Positions 49,611 to 62,362 of a stretch of DNA of 64,000 bases are shown one piece after another. The stretch's first letter is position 1. Each line of letters opens with the position of its first letter. The DNA lies in assembly GCA_965235115.1 (NCBI GenBank), contig OZ249436.1, positions 40,486,001 to 40,550,000 of the forward strand, written 5' to 3'. The stretch is from Laetmonice hystrix. Lineage: Eukaryota. A program made the position numbers and the translations under genes. The notes below the pieces were generated by a model. The model did no database searches, was not told the DNA's origin, and worked only from the letters and a program-made list of their open reading frames with translations.

Positions 49611-50540
49611 CTATTCTCTGCAGATCCCGTCAAACTGCACCAGTCCTTCAACTTTGCAACTCGGCCGCGGGCGCGTGAAGTCGTGCAACGCAGAGATGTT
49701 GGGACGTCTCTTGGTTGGGGGTTCGCAATCGTCTGTGGCCTCGTCAGAATGCACTGTTCGTTGACAAGTCTCTGGCCTGTCTGTTTTCCCTTTTCTCTTC
49801 TCTCTCATGGAGCGTTCCCTTGACATCCAGTGGCGCACCCACTGAGAAGTTCGGCCCAGCTCCTTTGCAAGTCGGTCTGCCTCGTCGGACGTAGGGTACG
49901 GATAGTCGACGTTTTCCCGGAACCACTTGCGCAGCACTGAGGAAGTTGGCGTCTCCGCTGTGGTCTGGGTCCGTCGCACTGGACGGAGTCGCTTGGGCCT
50001 GGCTGGCTTCCTACAGCAGATCCTGGTAGGTGGCGCTACTGGACAGGAAGGCGGCATGGGTACGGGATAAGTCAGAGATACGGCCGACTTGTAACGGACA
50101 AAACTGCCGATGGCATGATCAAGTAGCACGTGTCTCTCGTTGTCATAGAAGTGGTGGATGGTCGGCTGGAATCTCAGGTTGTCAGCGTGTCCGTACTCGG
50201 CTTGAAGGCGCAGCATCTCGAGGGTCCTTGTCTCTTGTAAGTAGCACTCAACCAGCGTCTTCAACCATCTGGAGTTGTCTGTCTTCTGGAAACTGTCGAC
50301 TTGGTGGAGGAACCCAACGTGCCGATGATGTAAACTTGTACATCCTTGGTACTGCCTCTGGCATCGGCCCGCCCACAGGGACGTAGAGGGCGTCTTACTG
50401 GAGGGCTTCCAGGTACCGGCCTCCAGGCTGCTCCACTCTGGGTCGTCTGGAGACATGGGAGCGATGACAATCGGGGAGACCTCGACCAGGCTGGTGTCGA
50501 CCGCCGGCGGACTTGTTACATTCCCAGGTCGGTAATCCAT
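49611..50540 (-). CDS. Divergent TALE homeodomain protein, 309 aa
   Basis: Intact ORF with several private substitutions (VRHW). Confidence 0.83.
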   Translation of the reverse strand: MDYRPGNVTSPPAVDTSLVEVSPIVIAPMSPDDPEWSSLEAGTWKPSSKTPSTSLWAGRCQRQYQGCTSLHHRHVGFLHQVDSFQKTDNSRWLKTLVECYLQETRTLEMLRLQAEYGHADNLRFQPTIHHFYDNERHVLLDHAIGSFVRYKSAVSLTYPVPMPPSCPVAPPTRICCRKPARPKRLRPVRRTQTTAETPTSSVLRKWFRENVDYPYPTSDEADRLAKELGRTSQWVRHWMSRERSMREKRKGKTDRPETCQRTVHSDEATDDCEPPTKRRPNISALHDFTRPRPSCKVEGLVQFDGICRE

Positions 50541-51457
50541 GGTGTGGCAGCTGTGGTAAGTTGAAGGTAGCTTTGATGTTGATGTGACTGCAGCGATACC
50601 TTGGGCGGATCTGTGCTTGAGTCACTGAAACAGGATGCCTATATAGGCGTCTTCATCTTAACGTGCGATTCAAGGTGAGACCAAAACCATCAAGCCTTCG
50701 TCTCGCATTTCTTTGAAGGGCAGTTCGATTGACAACTTCAAGTAACACAACCTCTGGGATGAAAGAAAAAGGTGTTAGTTATAGATAAAGTGTTTGTAAC
50801 ACATTTGAACGTAGGTGACGAAAGGCCAGGATTCATCTTATGACTTCAAAGATTCACACCTTGATTTTGTATGACTCATAGTTGAGCTTCAAAGGTTCAC
50901 ACATGGGCCGGGATGGTCCATGGTGTAGCAGCTGTGGTAAGTTGATGGTAGCTTTGATGGTGATGTGACTGCAGCGATACATTGGGCGGATCTGTGCTTG
51001 AGCCACTAACCAGGGTGCCTACATAGGCGTCTTCATCTTAAGGTGCGATTGAAGGTCAGACCAAAACCATCAAGCCTTCGTCTCGCATTTCTTTGAAGGG
51101 CAGTCCGATTGACAACTTGAAGTAACACAACTTCTGGGATAAAAGAAAAAGGTGTTGGTTGGATAAAGTGTTTGTAACACATTTGGACCTAACTGACGAA
51201 GGGGCAGGACCCGTCTTATGACTTCAAAGATTCACACCTTGATTTTGTATGACTCACAGTTGAGCTTCACAGGTTCAGACATGGGCCGGGATGACTTGAG
51301 TCTCTATCACCTCTATCATACATTAAAGCATAAATTGAGTATTGCCCCTAAACACGTCGTCTTTTAATAATATTGGTCATTGCAGTGTTTCCCTTTTTCC
51401 GTCCAGTTTTTATTTTATTTTTTGAAACATGGGAAGGGGGAAACTGAAACGTGGACA

Positions 51458-51539
51458 GACGAGGTGGCCGAGTGGTTAAGGCGATGGACTGCTAATCCAT
51501 TGGGCTCTGCCCGCGTGGGTTCGAATGCCATCCTCGTCG
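51458..51539 (+). tRNA. trnS: tRNA-Ser(GCT), B-box variant C61G
   Basis: GGTTCGAATGCC. Confidence 0.8.
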
Positions 51540-52113
51540 AACTTTTTTGGGGGAAGAATTTGTCTCCTTATATAGCTATTTCCCTATTGGATTCAGGCAC
51601 AAGATAGCAGTGATGGAGCCTGCCCTCTATTGGCAGAATACTGAAACGCCAGTTTGAAGAGGTGTCGGCCTTGGTGTTTTATATTCAACGTGGCCTCCAG
51701 GCTTAAAACTTAAGACGTCGTAGTACGAAACGACGAGTAATCAATAGATTCTTTACATTTCCCCTCCCCCAACAAGAATGGTATATTTATGCACAAAAGG
51801 GTCTTTTAAATCCGTTTTAATGGCGTTGCCGGATGAGGTGAGAGACGATCGGTAGCAGAAATGTAATTTCCTGGTAGTCTCTGCGTTTAGCATCTCTAGA
51901 CCAGGAAGATTGGGGAATTTTGAAACCATGATGAAAGAGCAACAAACATATCGAAAATAGAATTAATCAGTTTATTTGCATGATATTTACACATTCTATG
52001 TAGTACAAGGGACGAAGATCATGTTTTCCTTGACCGTTCGTATAATCTCAGCAACATATAGCACCAAAGTGTTCACAAGAAATAATTGTGTTCGCTTCAC
52101 AATTCAGTAACAA

Positions 52114-53043
52114 CTATTCTCTGCAGATCCCGTCAAACTGCACCAGTCCTTCAACTTTGCAACTCGGCCGCGGGCGCGTGAAGTCGTGCAACGCAGAGAT
52201 GTTGGGACGTCTCTTGGTTGGGGGTTCGCAATCGTCTGTGGCCTCGTCAGAATGCACTGTTCGTTGACAAGTCTCTGGCCTGTCTGTTTTCCCTTTTCTC
52301 TTCTCTCTCATGGAGCGTTCCCTTGACATCCAGTTGCGCACCCACTGAGAAGTTCGGCCCAGCTCCTTTGCAAGTCGGTCTGCCTCGTCGGACGTAGGGT
52401 ACGGATAGTCGACGTTTTCCCGGAACCACTTGCGCAGCACTGAGGAAGTTGGCGTCTCCGCTGTGGTCTGGGTCCGTCGCACTGGACGGAGTCGCTTGGG
52501 CCTGGCTGGCTTCCTACAGCAGATCCTGGTAGGTGGCGCTACTGGACAGGAAGGCGGCATGGGTACGGGATAAGTCAGAGATACGGCCGACTTGTAACGG
52601 ACAAAACTGCCGATGGCATGATCAAGTAGCACGTGTCTCTCGTTGTCATAGAAGTGGTGGATGGTCGGCTGGAATCTCAGGTTGTCAGCGTGTCCGTACT
52701 CGGCTTGAAGGCGCAGCGTCTCGAGGGTCCTTGTCTCTTGTAAGTAGCACTCAACCAGCGTCTTCAACCATCTGGAGTTGTCTGTCTTCTGGAAACTGTC
52801 GACTTGGTGGAGGAACCCAACGTGCCGATGATGTAAACTTGTACATCCTTGGTACTGCCTCTGGCATCGGCCCGCCCACAGGGACGTAGAGGGCGTCTTA
52901 CTGGAGGGCTTCCAGGTACCGGTCTCCAGGCTGCTCCACTCTGGGTCGTCTGGAGACATGGGAGCGATGACAATCGGGGAGACCTCGACCAGGCTGGTGT
53001 CGACCGCCGGCCGACTTGTTACATTCCCAGGTCGGTAATCCAT
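52114..53043 (-). CDS. Divergent TALE homeodomain protein, 309 aa
   Basis: Intact ORF. Confidence 0.85.
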   Translation of the reverse strand: MDYRPGNVTSRPAVDTSLVEVSPIVIAPMSPDDPEWSSLETGTWKPSSKTPSTSLWAGRCQRQYQGCTSLHHRHVGFLHQVDSFQKTDNSRWLKTLVECYLQETRTLETLRLQAEYGHADNLRFQPTIHHFYDNERHVLLDHAIGSFVRYKSAVSLTYPVPMPPSCPVAPPTRICCRKPARPKRLRPVRRTQTTAETPTSSVLRKWFRENVDYPYPTSDEADRLAKELGRTSQWVRNWMSRERSMREKRKGKTDRPETCQRTVHSDEATDDCEPPTKRRPNISALHDFTRPRPSCKVEGLVQFDGICRE

Positions 53044-53960
53044 GGTGTGGCAGCTGTGGTAAGTTGAAGGTAGCTTTGATGTTGATGTGACTGCAGCGAT
53101 ACCTTGGGCGGATCTGTGCTTGAGTCACTGAAACAGGATGCCTATATAGGCGTCTTCATCTTAAGGTGCGATTCAAGGTGAGACCAAAACCATCAAGCCT
53201 TCGTCTCGCATTTCTTTGAAGGGCAGTTCGATTGACAACTTCAAGTAACACAACCTCTGGGATGAAAGAAAAAGGTGTTAGTTATAGATAAAGTGTTTGT
53301 AACACATTTGAACGTAGGTGACGAAAGGCCAGGATTCATCTTATGACTTCAAAGATTCACACCTTGATTTTGTATGACTCATAGTTGAGCTTCAAAGGTT
53401 CACACATGGGCCGGGATGGTCCATGGTGTAGCAGCTGTGGTAAGTTGATGGTAGCTTTGATGGTGATGTGACTGCAGCGATACATTGGGCGGATCTGTGC
53501 TTGAGCCACTAACCAGGGTGCCTACATAGGCGTCTTCATCTTAAGGTGCGATTGAAGGTCAGACCAAAACCATCAAGCCTTCGTCTCGCATTTCTTTGAA
53601 GGGCAGTCCGATTGACAACTTGAAGTAACACAACTTCTGGGATAAAAGAAAAAGGTGTTGGTTGGATAAAGTGTTTGTAACACATTTGGACCTAACTGAC
53701 GAAGGGGCAGGACCCGTCTTATGACTTCAAAGATTCACACCTTGATTTTGTATGACTCACAGTTGAGCTTCACAGGTTCAGACATGGGCCGGGATGACTT
53801 GAGTCTCTATCACCTCTATCATACATTAAAGCATAAATTGAGTATTGCCCCTAAACACGTCGTCTTTTAATAATATTGGTCATTGCAGTGTTTCCCTTCT
53901 TCCGTCCAGTTTTTATTTTATTTTTTGAAACATGGGAAGGGGGAAACTGAAACGTGGACA

Positions 53961-54042
53961 GACGAGGTGGCCGAGTGGTTAAGGCGATGGACTGCTAATC
54001 CATTGGGCTCTGCCCGCGTGGGTTCGAATCCCATCCTCGTCG
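53961..54042 (+). tRNA. trnS: tRNA-Ser(GCT)
   Basis: Canonical sequence followed by T6. Confidence 0.95.
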
Positions 54043-54616
54043 AACTTTTTTGGGGGAAGAATTTGTCTCCTTATATAGCTAATTCCCTATTGGATTCAGG
54101 CACAAGATAGCAGTGATGGAGCCTGCCCTCTATTGGCAGAATACTGAAACGCCAGTTTGAAGAGGTGTCGGCCTTGGTGTTTTATATTCAACGTGGCCTC
54201 CAGGCTTAAAACTTAAGACGTCGTAGTACGAAACGACGAGTAATCAATAGATTCTTTACATTTCCCCTCCCCCAACAGGAATGGTATATTTATGCACAAA
54301 AGGGTCTTTTAAATCCGTTTTAATGGCGTTGCCGGATGAGGTGAGAGACGATCGGTAGCAGAAATGTAATTTCCTGGTAGTCTCTGCGTTTAGCATCTCT
54401 AGACCAGGAACATTGGGGAATTTTGAAACCATGATGAAAAAGCAACAAACATATCGAAAATAGAATTAATCAGTTTATTTGCATGATATTTACACATTCT
54501 ATGTAGTACAAGGGACGAAGCTCATGTTTTCCTTGACCGTTCGTATAATCTCAGCAACATATAGCACCAAAGTGTTCACAAGAAATAATTGTGTTCGCTT
54601 CACAATTCAGTAACAA

Positions 54617-55546
54617 CTATTCTCTGCAGATCCCGTCAAACTGCACCAGTCCTTCAACTTTGCAACTCGGCCGCGGGCGCGTGAAGTCGTGCAACGCAGA
54701 GATGTTGGGACGTCTCTTGGTTGGGGGTTCGCAATCGTCTGTGGCCTCGTCAGAATGCACTGTTCGTTGACAAGTCTCTGGCCTGTCTGTTTTCCTTTTT
54801 CTCTTCTCTCTCATGGAGCGTTCCCTTGACATCCAGTTGTGCACCCACTGAGAAGTTCGGCCCAGCTCCTTTGCAAGTCGGTCTGCCTCGTCGGACGTAG
54901 GGTACGGATAGTCGACGTTTTCCCGGAACCACTTGCGCAGCACTGAGGAAGTTGGCGTCTCCGCTCTGGTCTGGGTCCGTCGCACTGGACGGAGTCGCTT
55001 GGGCCTGGCTGGCTTCCTATAGCAGATCCTGGTAGGTGGCGCTACTGGACACGAAGGTGGCATGGGTACGGGATAAGTCAGAGATACGGCCGACTTGTAA
55101 CGGACAAAACTGTCGATGGCATGATCAAGTAGCACGTGTCTCTCGTTGTCATAGAAGTGGTGGATGGTCGGCTGGAATCTGAGGTTGTCAGCGTGTCCGT
55201 ACTCGGCTTGAAGGCGCAGCGTCTCGAGGGTCCTTGTCTCTTGTAAGTAGCACTCAACCAGCGTCTCCAACCATCTGGAGTTGTTTGTCTTCTGGAAACT
55301 GTCGACCTGGTGGAGGAACCCAACGTGCCGATGATGTAAACTTGTACATCCTTGGAACTGCCTCTGGCATCGGCCCGCCCACAGGGACGTAGAGGGTGTG
55401 TTACGGGAGGGCTTCCAGGTACCGGCCTCCAGGCTGCTCCACTCTGGGTCGTCTGGAGACATGGGAGCGATGACAATCGGGGTGACCTCGACCAGGCTGG
55501 TGTCGACCGCCGGCCGACTTGTTACATTCCCAGGTCGGTAATCCAT
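54617..55546 (-). CDS. Divergent TALE homeodomain protein, 309 aa, long/short-type mosaic
   Basis: Intact ORF; C-terminus like the central units, N-terminus like the right-hand units. Confidence 0.83.
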   Translation of the reverse strand: MDYRPGNVTSRPAVDTSLVEVTPIVIAPMSPDDPEWSSLEAGTWKPSRNTPSTSLWAGRCQRQFQGCTSLHHRHVGFLHQVDSFQKTNNSRWLETLVECYLQETRTLETLRLQAEYGHADNLRFQPTIHHFYDNERHVLLDHAIDSFVRYKSAVSLTYPVPMPPSCPVAPPTRICYRKPARPKRLRPVRRTQTRAETPTSSVLRKWFRENVDYPYPTSDEADRLAKELGRTSQWVHNWMSRERSMREKRKRKTDRPETCQRTVHSDEATDDCEPPTKRRPNISALHDFTRPRPSCKVEGLVQFDGICRE

Positions 55547-56079
55547 GGTGTGGCAGCTGTGGTAAGTTGAAGGTAGCTTTGATGGTGATGTGACTGCAGC
55601 GATACCTTGGGCGGATCTGTGCTTGAGTCACTGAAACAGGATGCCTATATAGGCGTCTTCATCTTAAGGTGCGATTGAAGGTGAGACCAAAACCATCAAG
55701 CCTTCGTCTCGCATTTTTTTGAAAGGCAGTTCTATTTACAACTTCAAATAACACAGCTTCTGGGATGAAAGAAAAAGGTGTTAGTTAGATAAAGTGTTTG
55801 TAACACATTTGAACGTAGGTGACGAAAGGCCAGGATTCGTCTTATGACTTCAAAGAGTCACACCTTGATTTTGTATGACTCAAAGTTGAGCTTCAAAGGT
55901 TAACACATGGGCCGGGATTACTTGAGTCTCTATCACCTCTATCATACATTAAAGCATAAATTGTGTATTGCCCCTAAACACGTCGTCTTTTAATTGGTCA
56001 TTGCAGTGTTTCCCTTCTTCTATCTAGTTCTTATTTTATTTTTTTGAAACATAGGAAGGGGGAAACTGAAATGTGGACA

Positions 56080-56161
56080 GACGAGGTGGCCGAGTGGTTA
56101 AGGCGATGGACTGCTAATCCATTGGGCTCTGCCCGCGTGGGTTCGAATCCCATCCTCGTCG
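56080..56161 (+). tRNA. trnS: tRNA-Ser(GCT)
   Basis: Canonical sequence followed by T6. Confidence 0.95.
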
Positions 56162-56714
56162 AAGTTTTTTGGGAAGAATTTGTCTCCTTATAGCTAATTT
56201 CCTATTCAATTGAGACACAAGATAGCAGTGATGGAGCCAGCCCTCTAGTGGCAGAATACTGAAACGCCAGTTTGAAGAGGTGTCGGCCTTGGTGTTTTAT
56301 ATTCAACGTGGCCTCCATGCTTAAAACTTAAGACGTCGTAGTACAAAACGAGGAGTAATCCATAGATTCTTTACATTTCCCCTCGCCCAACAGGAATGGG
56401 ATATTTATGCAGAAAAGGGTCTTCAATCCGTTTTAATCGCGTTGCCGGGTGAGGTGAGAGACGATCGGTAGCAGAAATGTAATTTCCTGGTAGTCTCTAG
56501 ACCAGGAAGATTGGGGAGTTTTGAAACCATGATGAAAGAGCAACAAAGATATCGAAAATAGAATTAATCGGTTTATTTGCATGATATTTACACATTCTAA
56601 GTAGTACAAGGGACGAAGATCATGTTTTCCTTGACCGTTCGTATAATCTCAGCAACATATAGCACCAAAGTGTTCACAAGAAATAATTGTGTTCGCTTCA
56701 CAATTCAGTAACAA

Positions 56715-57644
56715 CTATTCTCTGCAGATCCCGTCAAACTGCACCAGTCCTTCAACATTGCAACTCGGCCGCGGTCGCGTCAAGTCGTGCAAAGTAGAGA
56801 AGTTGGGACGTCTCTTGGTTGTGGGTTTGCAATCGTCTGTGGCCTCGTCAGAATGCACAGTTCGTTGACAAGTCTCTGGCCTGTCTGTTTTCCTTTTTCT
56901 CTTCTCTCTCATGGAGCGTTCCCTTGCCATCCAGTTACGCACCCACTGAGAAGTTCGGCCCAGCTCCTTTGCAAGTCGGTCTGCCTCGTCGGACGTAGGG
57001 TACGGATAGTCGACGTTTTCCCGGAACCACTTGCGCAGCACTGAGGAAGTTGGCGTCTCCGCTCTGGTCTGGGTCCGTCGCACTGGACGGAGTCGCTTGG
57101 GCCTGGCTGGCTTCCTATAGCAGATCCTGGTAGGTGGCGCTACTGGACACGAAGGCGGCATGGGTACGGGATAAGTCAGAGATACGGCCGACTTGTAACG
57201 GACAAAACTGTCGATGGCATGATCAAGTAGCACGTGTCTCTCGTTGTCATAGAACTGGTGGATGGTCGGCTGGAATCTCAGGTTGTCAGCGTGTCCGTAC
57301 ATGGCTTGAAGGCGCAGCGTCTCGAGGGTCCTTGTCTCTTGTAAGTAGCACTCAACCAGCGTCTCCAACCATCTGGAGTTGTTTGTCTTCTGGAAACTGT
57401 CGACCTGGTGGAGGAACCCAACGTGCCGATGATGTAAACTTGTACATCCTTGGAACTGCCTCTGGCATCGGCCCGCCCACAGGGACGTAGAGGGTGTGTT
57501 ACGGGAGGGCTTCCAGGTACCGGCCTCCAGGCTGCTCCACTCTGGGTCGTCTGGAGACATGGGAGCGATGACAATCGGGGCGACCTCGACCAGGCTGGTG
57601 TCGACCGCCGGCCGACTTGTTACATTCCTAGGTCGGTAATCCAT
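56715..57644 (-). CDS. Divergent TALE homeodomain protein, 309 aa, short-unit type (WMAR)
   Basis: Intact ORF. Confidence 0.85.
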   Translation of the reverse strand: MDYRPRNVTSRPAVDTSLVEVAPIVIAPMSPDDPEWSSLEAGTWKPSRNTPSTSLWAGRCQRQFQGCTSLHHRHVGFLHQVDSFQKTNNSRWLETLVECYLQETRTLETLRLQAMYGHADNLRFQPTIHQFYDNERHVLLDHAIDSFVRYKSAVSLTYPVPMPPSCPVAPPTRICYRKPARPKRLRPVRRTQTRAETPTSSVLRKWFRENVDYPYPTSDEADRLAKELGRTSQWVRNWMARERSMREKRKRKTDRPETCQRTVHSDEATDDCKPTTKRRPNFSTLHDLTRPRPSCNVEGLVQFDGICRE

Positions 57645-58177
57645 GGTGTGGCAGCTGTGGTAAGTTGAAGGTAGCTTTGATGGTGATGTGACTGCAGCGA
57701 TACCTTGGGCGGATCTGTGCTTGAGTCACTGAAACAGGATGCCTATATAGGCGTCTTCATCTTAAGGTGCGATTGAAGGTGAGACCAAAACCATCAAGCC
57801 TTCGTCTCGCATTTTTTTGAAGGGCAGTTCTATTTACAACTTCAAATAACACAGCTTCTGGGATGAAAGAAAAAGGTGTTAGTTAGATAAAGTGTTTGTA
57901 ACACATTTGAGCGTAGGTGACGAAAGGCCAGGATTCGTCTTATGACTTCAAAGAGTCACACCTTGATTTTGTATGACTCATAGTTGAGCTTTGAAGGTTC
58001 ACACATGGGCCGGGATCACTTGAGTCTCTATCACCTCTATCATACATTAAAGCATAAATTGTGTATTGCCCCTAAACACGTCGTCTTTTAATTGGTCATT
58101 GCAGTGTTTCCCTTCTTCCATCTAGTTCTTATTTTATTTTTTTGAAACATAGGAAGGGGGAAAGTGAAATGTGGATA

Positions 58178-58259
58178 GACGAGGTGGCCGAGTGGTTAAG
58201 GCGATGGACTGCTAATCCATTGGTCTCTGCCCGCGTGGGTTCGAATCCCATCCTCGTCG
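58178..58259 (+). tRNA. trnS: tRNA-Ser(GCT), variable-arm variant
   Basis: TGGTCTCTGCCC instead of TGGGCTCTGCCC. Confidence 0.85.
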
Positions 58260-58812
58260 AAGTTTTTTGGGAAGAATTTGTCTCCTTATAGCTAATTTCC
58301 TATTCAATTGAGACACAAGATAGCAGTGATGGAGCCAGCCCTCTAGTGGCAGAATACTGAAACGCCAGTTTGAAGAGGTGTCGGCCTTGGTGTTTTATAT
58401 TCAACGTGGCCTCCATGCTTAAAACTTAAGACGTCGTAGTACAAAACGAGGAGTAATCCATAGATTCTTTACATTTCCCCTCGCCCAACAGGAATGGGAT
58501 ATTTATGCAGAAAAGGGTCTTCAATCCGTTTTAATCGCGTTGCCGGGTGAGGTGAGAGACGATCGGTAGCAGAAATGTAATTTCCTGGTAGTCTCTAGAC
58601 CAGGAAGATTGGGGAGTTTTGAAACCATGATGAAAGAGCAACAAAGATATCGAAAATAGAATTAATCGGTTTATTTGCATGATATTTACACATTCTAAGT
58701 AGTACAAGGGACGAAGATAATGTTTTCCTTGACCGTTCGTATAATCTCAGCAACATATAGCACCAAAGTGTTCACAAGAAATAATTGTGTTCGCTTCACA
58801 ATTCAGTAACAA

Positions 58813-59741
58813 CTATTCTCTGCAGATCCCGTCAAACTGCACCAGTCCTTCAACATTGCAACTCGGCCGCGGTCGCGTCAAGTCGTGCAAAGTAGAGAAG
58901 TTGGGACGTCTCTTGGTTGTGGGTTTGCAATCGTCTGTGGCCTCGTCAGAATGCACAGTTCGTTGACAAGTCTCTGGCCTGTCTGTTTTCCTTTTTCTCT
59001 TCTCTCTCATGGAGCGTTCCCTTGCCATCCAGTTACGCACCCACTGAGAAGTTCGGCCCAGCTCCTTTGCAAGTCGGTCTGCCTCGTCGGACGTAGGGTA
59101 CGGATAGTCGACGTTTTCCCGGAACCACTTGCGCAGCACTGAGGAAGTTGGCGTCTCCGCTCTGGTCTGGGTCCGTCGCACTGGACGGAGTCGCTTGGGC
59201 CTGGCTAGCTTCCTATAGCAGATCCTGGTAGGTGGCGCTACTGGACACGAAGGCGGCATGGGTACGGGATAAGTCAGAGATACGGCCGACTTGTAACGGA
59301 CAAAACTGTCGATGGCATGATCAAGTAGCACGTGTCTCTCGTTGTCATAGAACTGGTGGATGGTCGGCTGGAATCTCAGGTTGTCAGCGTGTCCGTACTC
59401 GGCTTGAAGGCGCAGCGTCTCGAGGGTCCTTGTCTCTTGTAAGTAGCACTCAACCACGTCTCCAACCATCTGGAGTTGTTTGTCTTCTGGAAACTGTCGA
59501 CCTGGTGGAGGAACCCAACGTGCCGATGATGTAAACTTGTACATCCTTGGAACTGCCTCTGGCATCAGCCGGCCCGCAGGGACGTAGAGGGTGTGTTACG
59601 GGAGGGCTTCCAGGTACCGGCCTCCAGGCTGCTCCACTCTGGGTCGTCTGGAGACATGGGAGCGATGACAATCGGGGCGACCTCGACCAGGCTGGTGTCG
59701 ACCGCCGGCCGACTTGTTACATTCCTAGGTCGGTAATCCAT
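58813..59741 (-). pseudogene. TALE homeobox gene with nonsense at codon 59 and a 1-bp deletion; a 250-aa ORF (58813..59565) retains the homeodomain
   Basis: CGA>TGA at 59565-59567; 1-bp deletion at 59456/59457. Confidence 0.7.
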
Positions 59742-60274
59742 GGTGTGGCAGCTGTGGTAAGTTGAAGGTAGCTTTGATGGTGATGTGACTGCAGCGATAC
59801 CTTGGGCGGATCTGTGCTTGAGTCACTGAAACAGGATGCCTATATAGGCGTCTTCATCTTAAGGTGCGATTGAAGGTGAGACCAAAACCATCAAGCCTTC
59901 GTCTCGCATTTTTTTGAAGGGCAGTTCTATTTACAACTTCAAATAACACAGCTTCTGGGATGAAAGAAAAAGGTGTTAGTTAAATAAAGTGTTTGTAACA
60001 CATTTGAACGTAGGTGACGAAAGGCCAGGATTCGTCTTATGACTTCAAAGAGTCACACCTTGATTTGGTATGACTCATAGTTGAGCTTCAAAGGTTCACA
60101 CATGGGCCGGGATGACTTGAGTCTCTATCACCTCTATCATACATTAAAGCATAAATTGTGTATTGCCCCTAAACACGTCGTCTTTTAATTGGTCATTGCA
60201 GTGTTTCCCTTCTTCCATCTAGTTCTTATTTTATTTTTTTGAAACATAGAAAGGGAGAAAGTGAAATGTGGACA

Positions 60275-60356
60275 GACGAGGTGGCCGAGTGGTTAAGGCG
60301 ATGGACTGCTAATCCATTGGGCTCTGCCCGCGTGGGTTCGAATCCCATCCTCGTCG
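60275..60356 (+). tRNA. trnS: tRNA-Ser(GCT)
   Basis: Canonical sequence followed by T6. Confidence 0.95.
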
Positions 60357-60909
60357 AAGTTTTTTGGGAAGAATTTGTCTCCTTATAGCTAATTTCCTAT
60401 TCAATTGAGACACAAGATAGCAGTGATGGAGCCAGCCCTCTAGTAGCAGAATACTGAAACGCCAGTTTGAAGAGGTGTCGGCCTTGGTGTTTTATATTCA
60501 ACGTGGCCTCCATGCTTAAAACTTAAGACGTCGTAGTACAAAACGAGGATTAATCCATAGATTCTTTACATTTCCCCTCCCCCAACAGGAATGGGATATT
60601 TATGCAGAAAAGGGTCTTCAATCCGTTTTAATCGCGTTGCCGGGTGAGGTGAGAGACGATCGGTAGCAGAAATGTAATTTCCTGGTAGTCTCTAGACCAG
60701 GAAGATTGGGGAGTTTTGAAACCATGATGAAAGAGCAACAAAGATATCGAAAATAGAATTAATCGGTTTATTTGCATGATATTTACACATTCTAAGTAGT
60801 ACAAGGGACGAAGATCATGTTTTCCTTGACCGTTCGTATAATCTCAGCAACATATAGCACCAAAGTGTTCACAAGAAATAATTGTGTTCGCTTCACAATT
60901 CAGTAACAA

Positions 60910-61838
60910 CTATTCTCTGCAGATCCCGTCAAACTGCACCAGTCCTTCAACATTGCAACTCGGCCGCGGTCGCGTCAAGTCGTGCAAAGTAGAGAAGTTG
61001 GGACGTCTCTTGGTTGTGGGTTTGCAATCGTCTGTGGCCTCGTCAGAATGCACAGTTCGTTGACAAGTCTCTGGCCTGTCTGTTTTCCTTTTTCTCTTCT
61101 CTCTCATGGAGCGTTCCCTTGCCATCCAGTTACGCACCCACTGAGAAGTTCGGCCCAGCTCCTTTGCAAGTCGGTCTGCCTCGTCGGACGTAGGGTACGG
61201 ATAGTCGACGTTTTCCCGGAACCACTTGCGCAGCACTGAGGAAGTTGGCGTCTCCGCTCTGGTCTGGGTCCGTCGCACTGGACGGAGTCGCTTGGGCCTG
61301 GCTGGCTTCCTATAGCAGATCCTGGTAGGTGGCGCTACTGGACACGAAGGCGGCATGGGTACGGGATAAGTCAGAGATACGGCCGACTTGTAACGGACAA
61401 AACTGTCGATGGAATGATCAAGTAGCACGTGTCTCTCGTTGTCATAGAACTGGTGGATGGTCGGCTGGAATCTCAGGTTGTCAGCGTGTCCGTACTCGGC
61501 TTGAAGGCGCAGCGTCTCGAGGGTCCTTGTCTCTTGTAAGTAGCACTCAACCACGTCTCCAACCATCTGGAGTTGTTTGTCTTCTGGAAACTGTCGACCT
61601 GGTGGAGGAACCCAACGTGCCGATGATGTAAACTTGTACATCCTTGGAACTGCCTCTGGCATCAGCCGGCCCGCAGGGACGTAGAGGGTGTGTTACGGGA
61701 GGGCTTCCAGGTACCGGCCTCCAGGCTGCTCCACTCTGGGTCGTCTGGAGACATGGGAGCTATGACAATCGGGGCGACCTCGACCAGGCTGGTGTCGACC
61801 GCCGGCCGACTTGTTACATTCCTAGGTCGGTAATCCAT
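60910..61838 (-). pseudogene. TALE homeobox gene with the same two lesions; 250-aa ORF 60910..61662
   Basis: TGA at 61662-61664; deletion at 61553/61554; also a 9-bp deletion beside the TATA-like motif. Confidence 0.7.
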
Positions 61839-62362
61839 GGTGTGGCAGCTGTGGTAAGTTGAAGGTAGCTTTGATGGTGATGTGACTGCAGCGATACCTT
61901 GGGCGGATCTGTGCTTGAGTCACTGAAACAGGATGCCTATATAGGCTTAAGGTGCGATTGAAGGTGAGACCAAAACCATCAAGCCTTCGTCTCGCATTTT
62001 TTTGAAGGGCAGTTCTATTTACAACTTCAAATAACACAGCTTCTGGGATGAAAGAAAAAGGTGTTAGTTAAATAAAGTGTTTGTAACACATTTGAACGTA
62101 GGTGACGAAAGGCCAGGATTCGTCTTATGACTTCAAAGAGTCACACCTTGATTTTGTATGACTCATAGTTGAGCTTCAAAGGTTCACACATGGGCCGGGA
62201 TGACTTGAGTCTCTATCACCTCTATCATACATTAAAGCATAAATTGTGTATTGCCCCTAAACACGTCGTCTTTTAATTGGTCATTGCAGTGTTTCCCTTC
62301 TTCCATCTAGTTCTTATTTTATTTTTTTGAAACATAGAAAGGGGGAAAGTGAAATGTGGACA

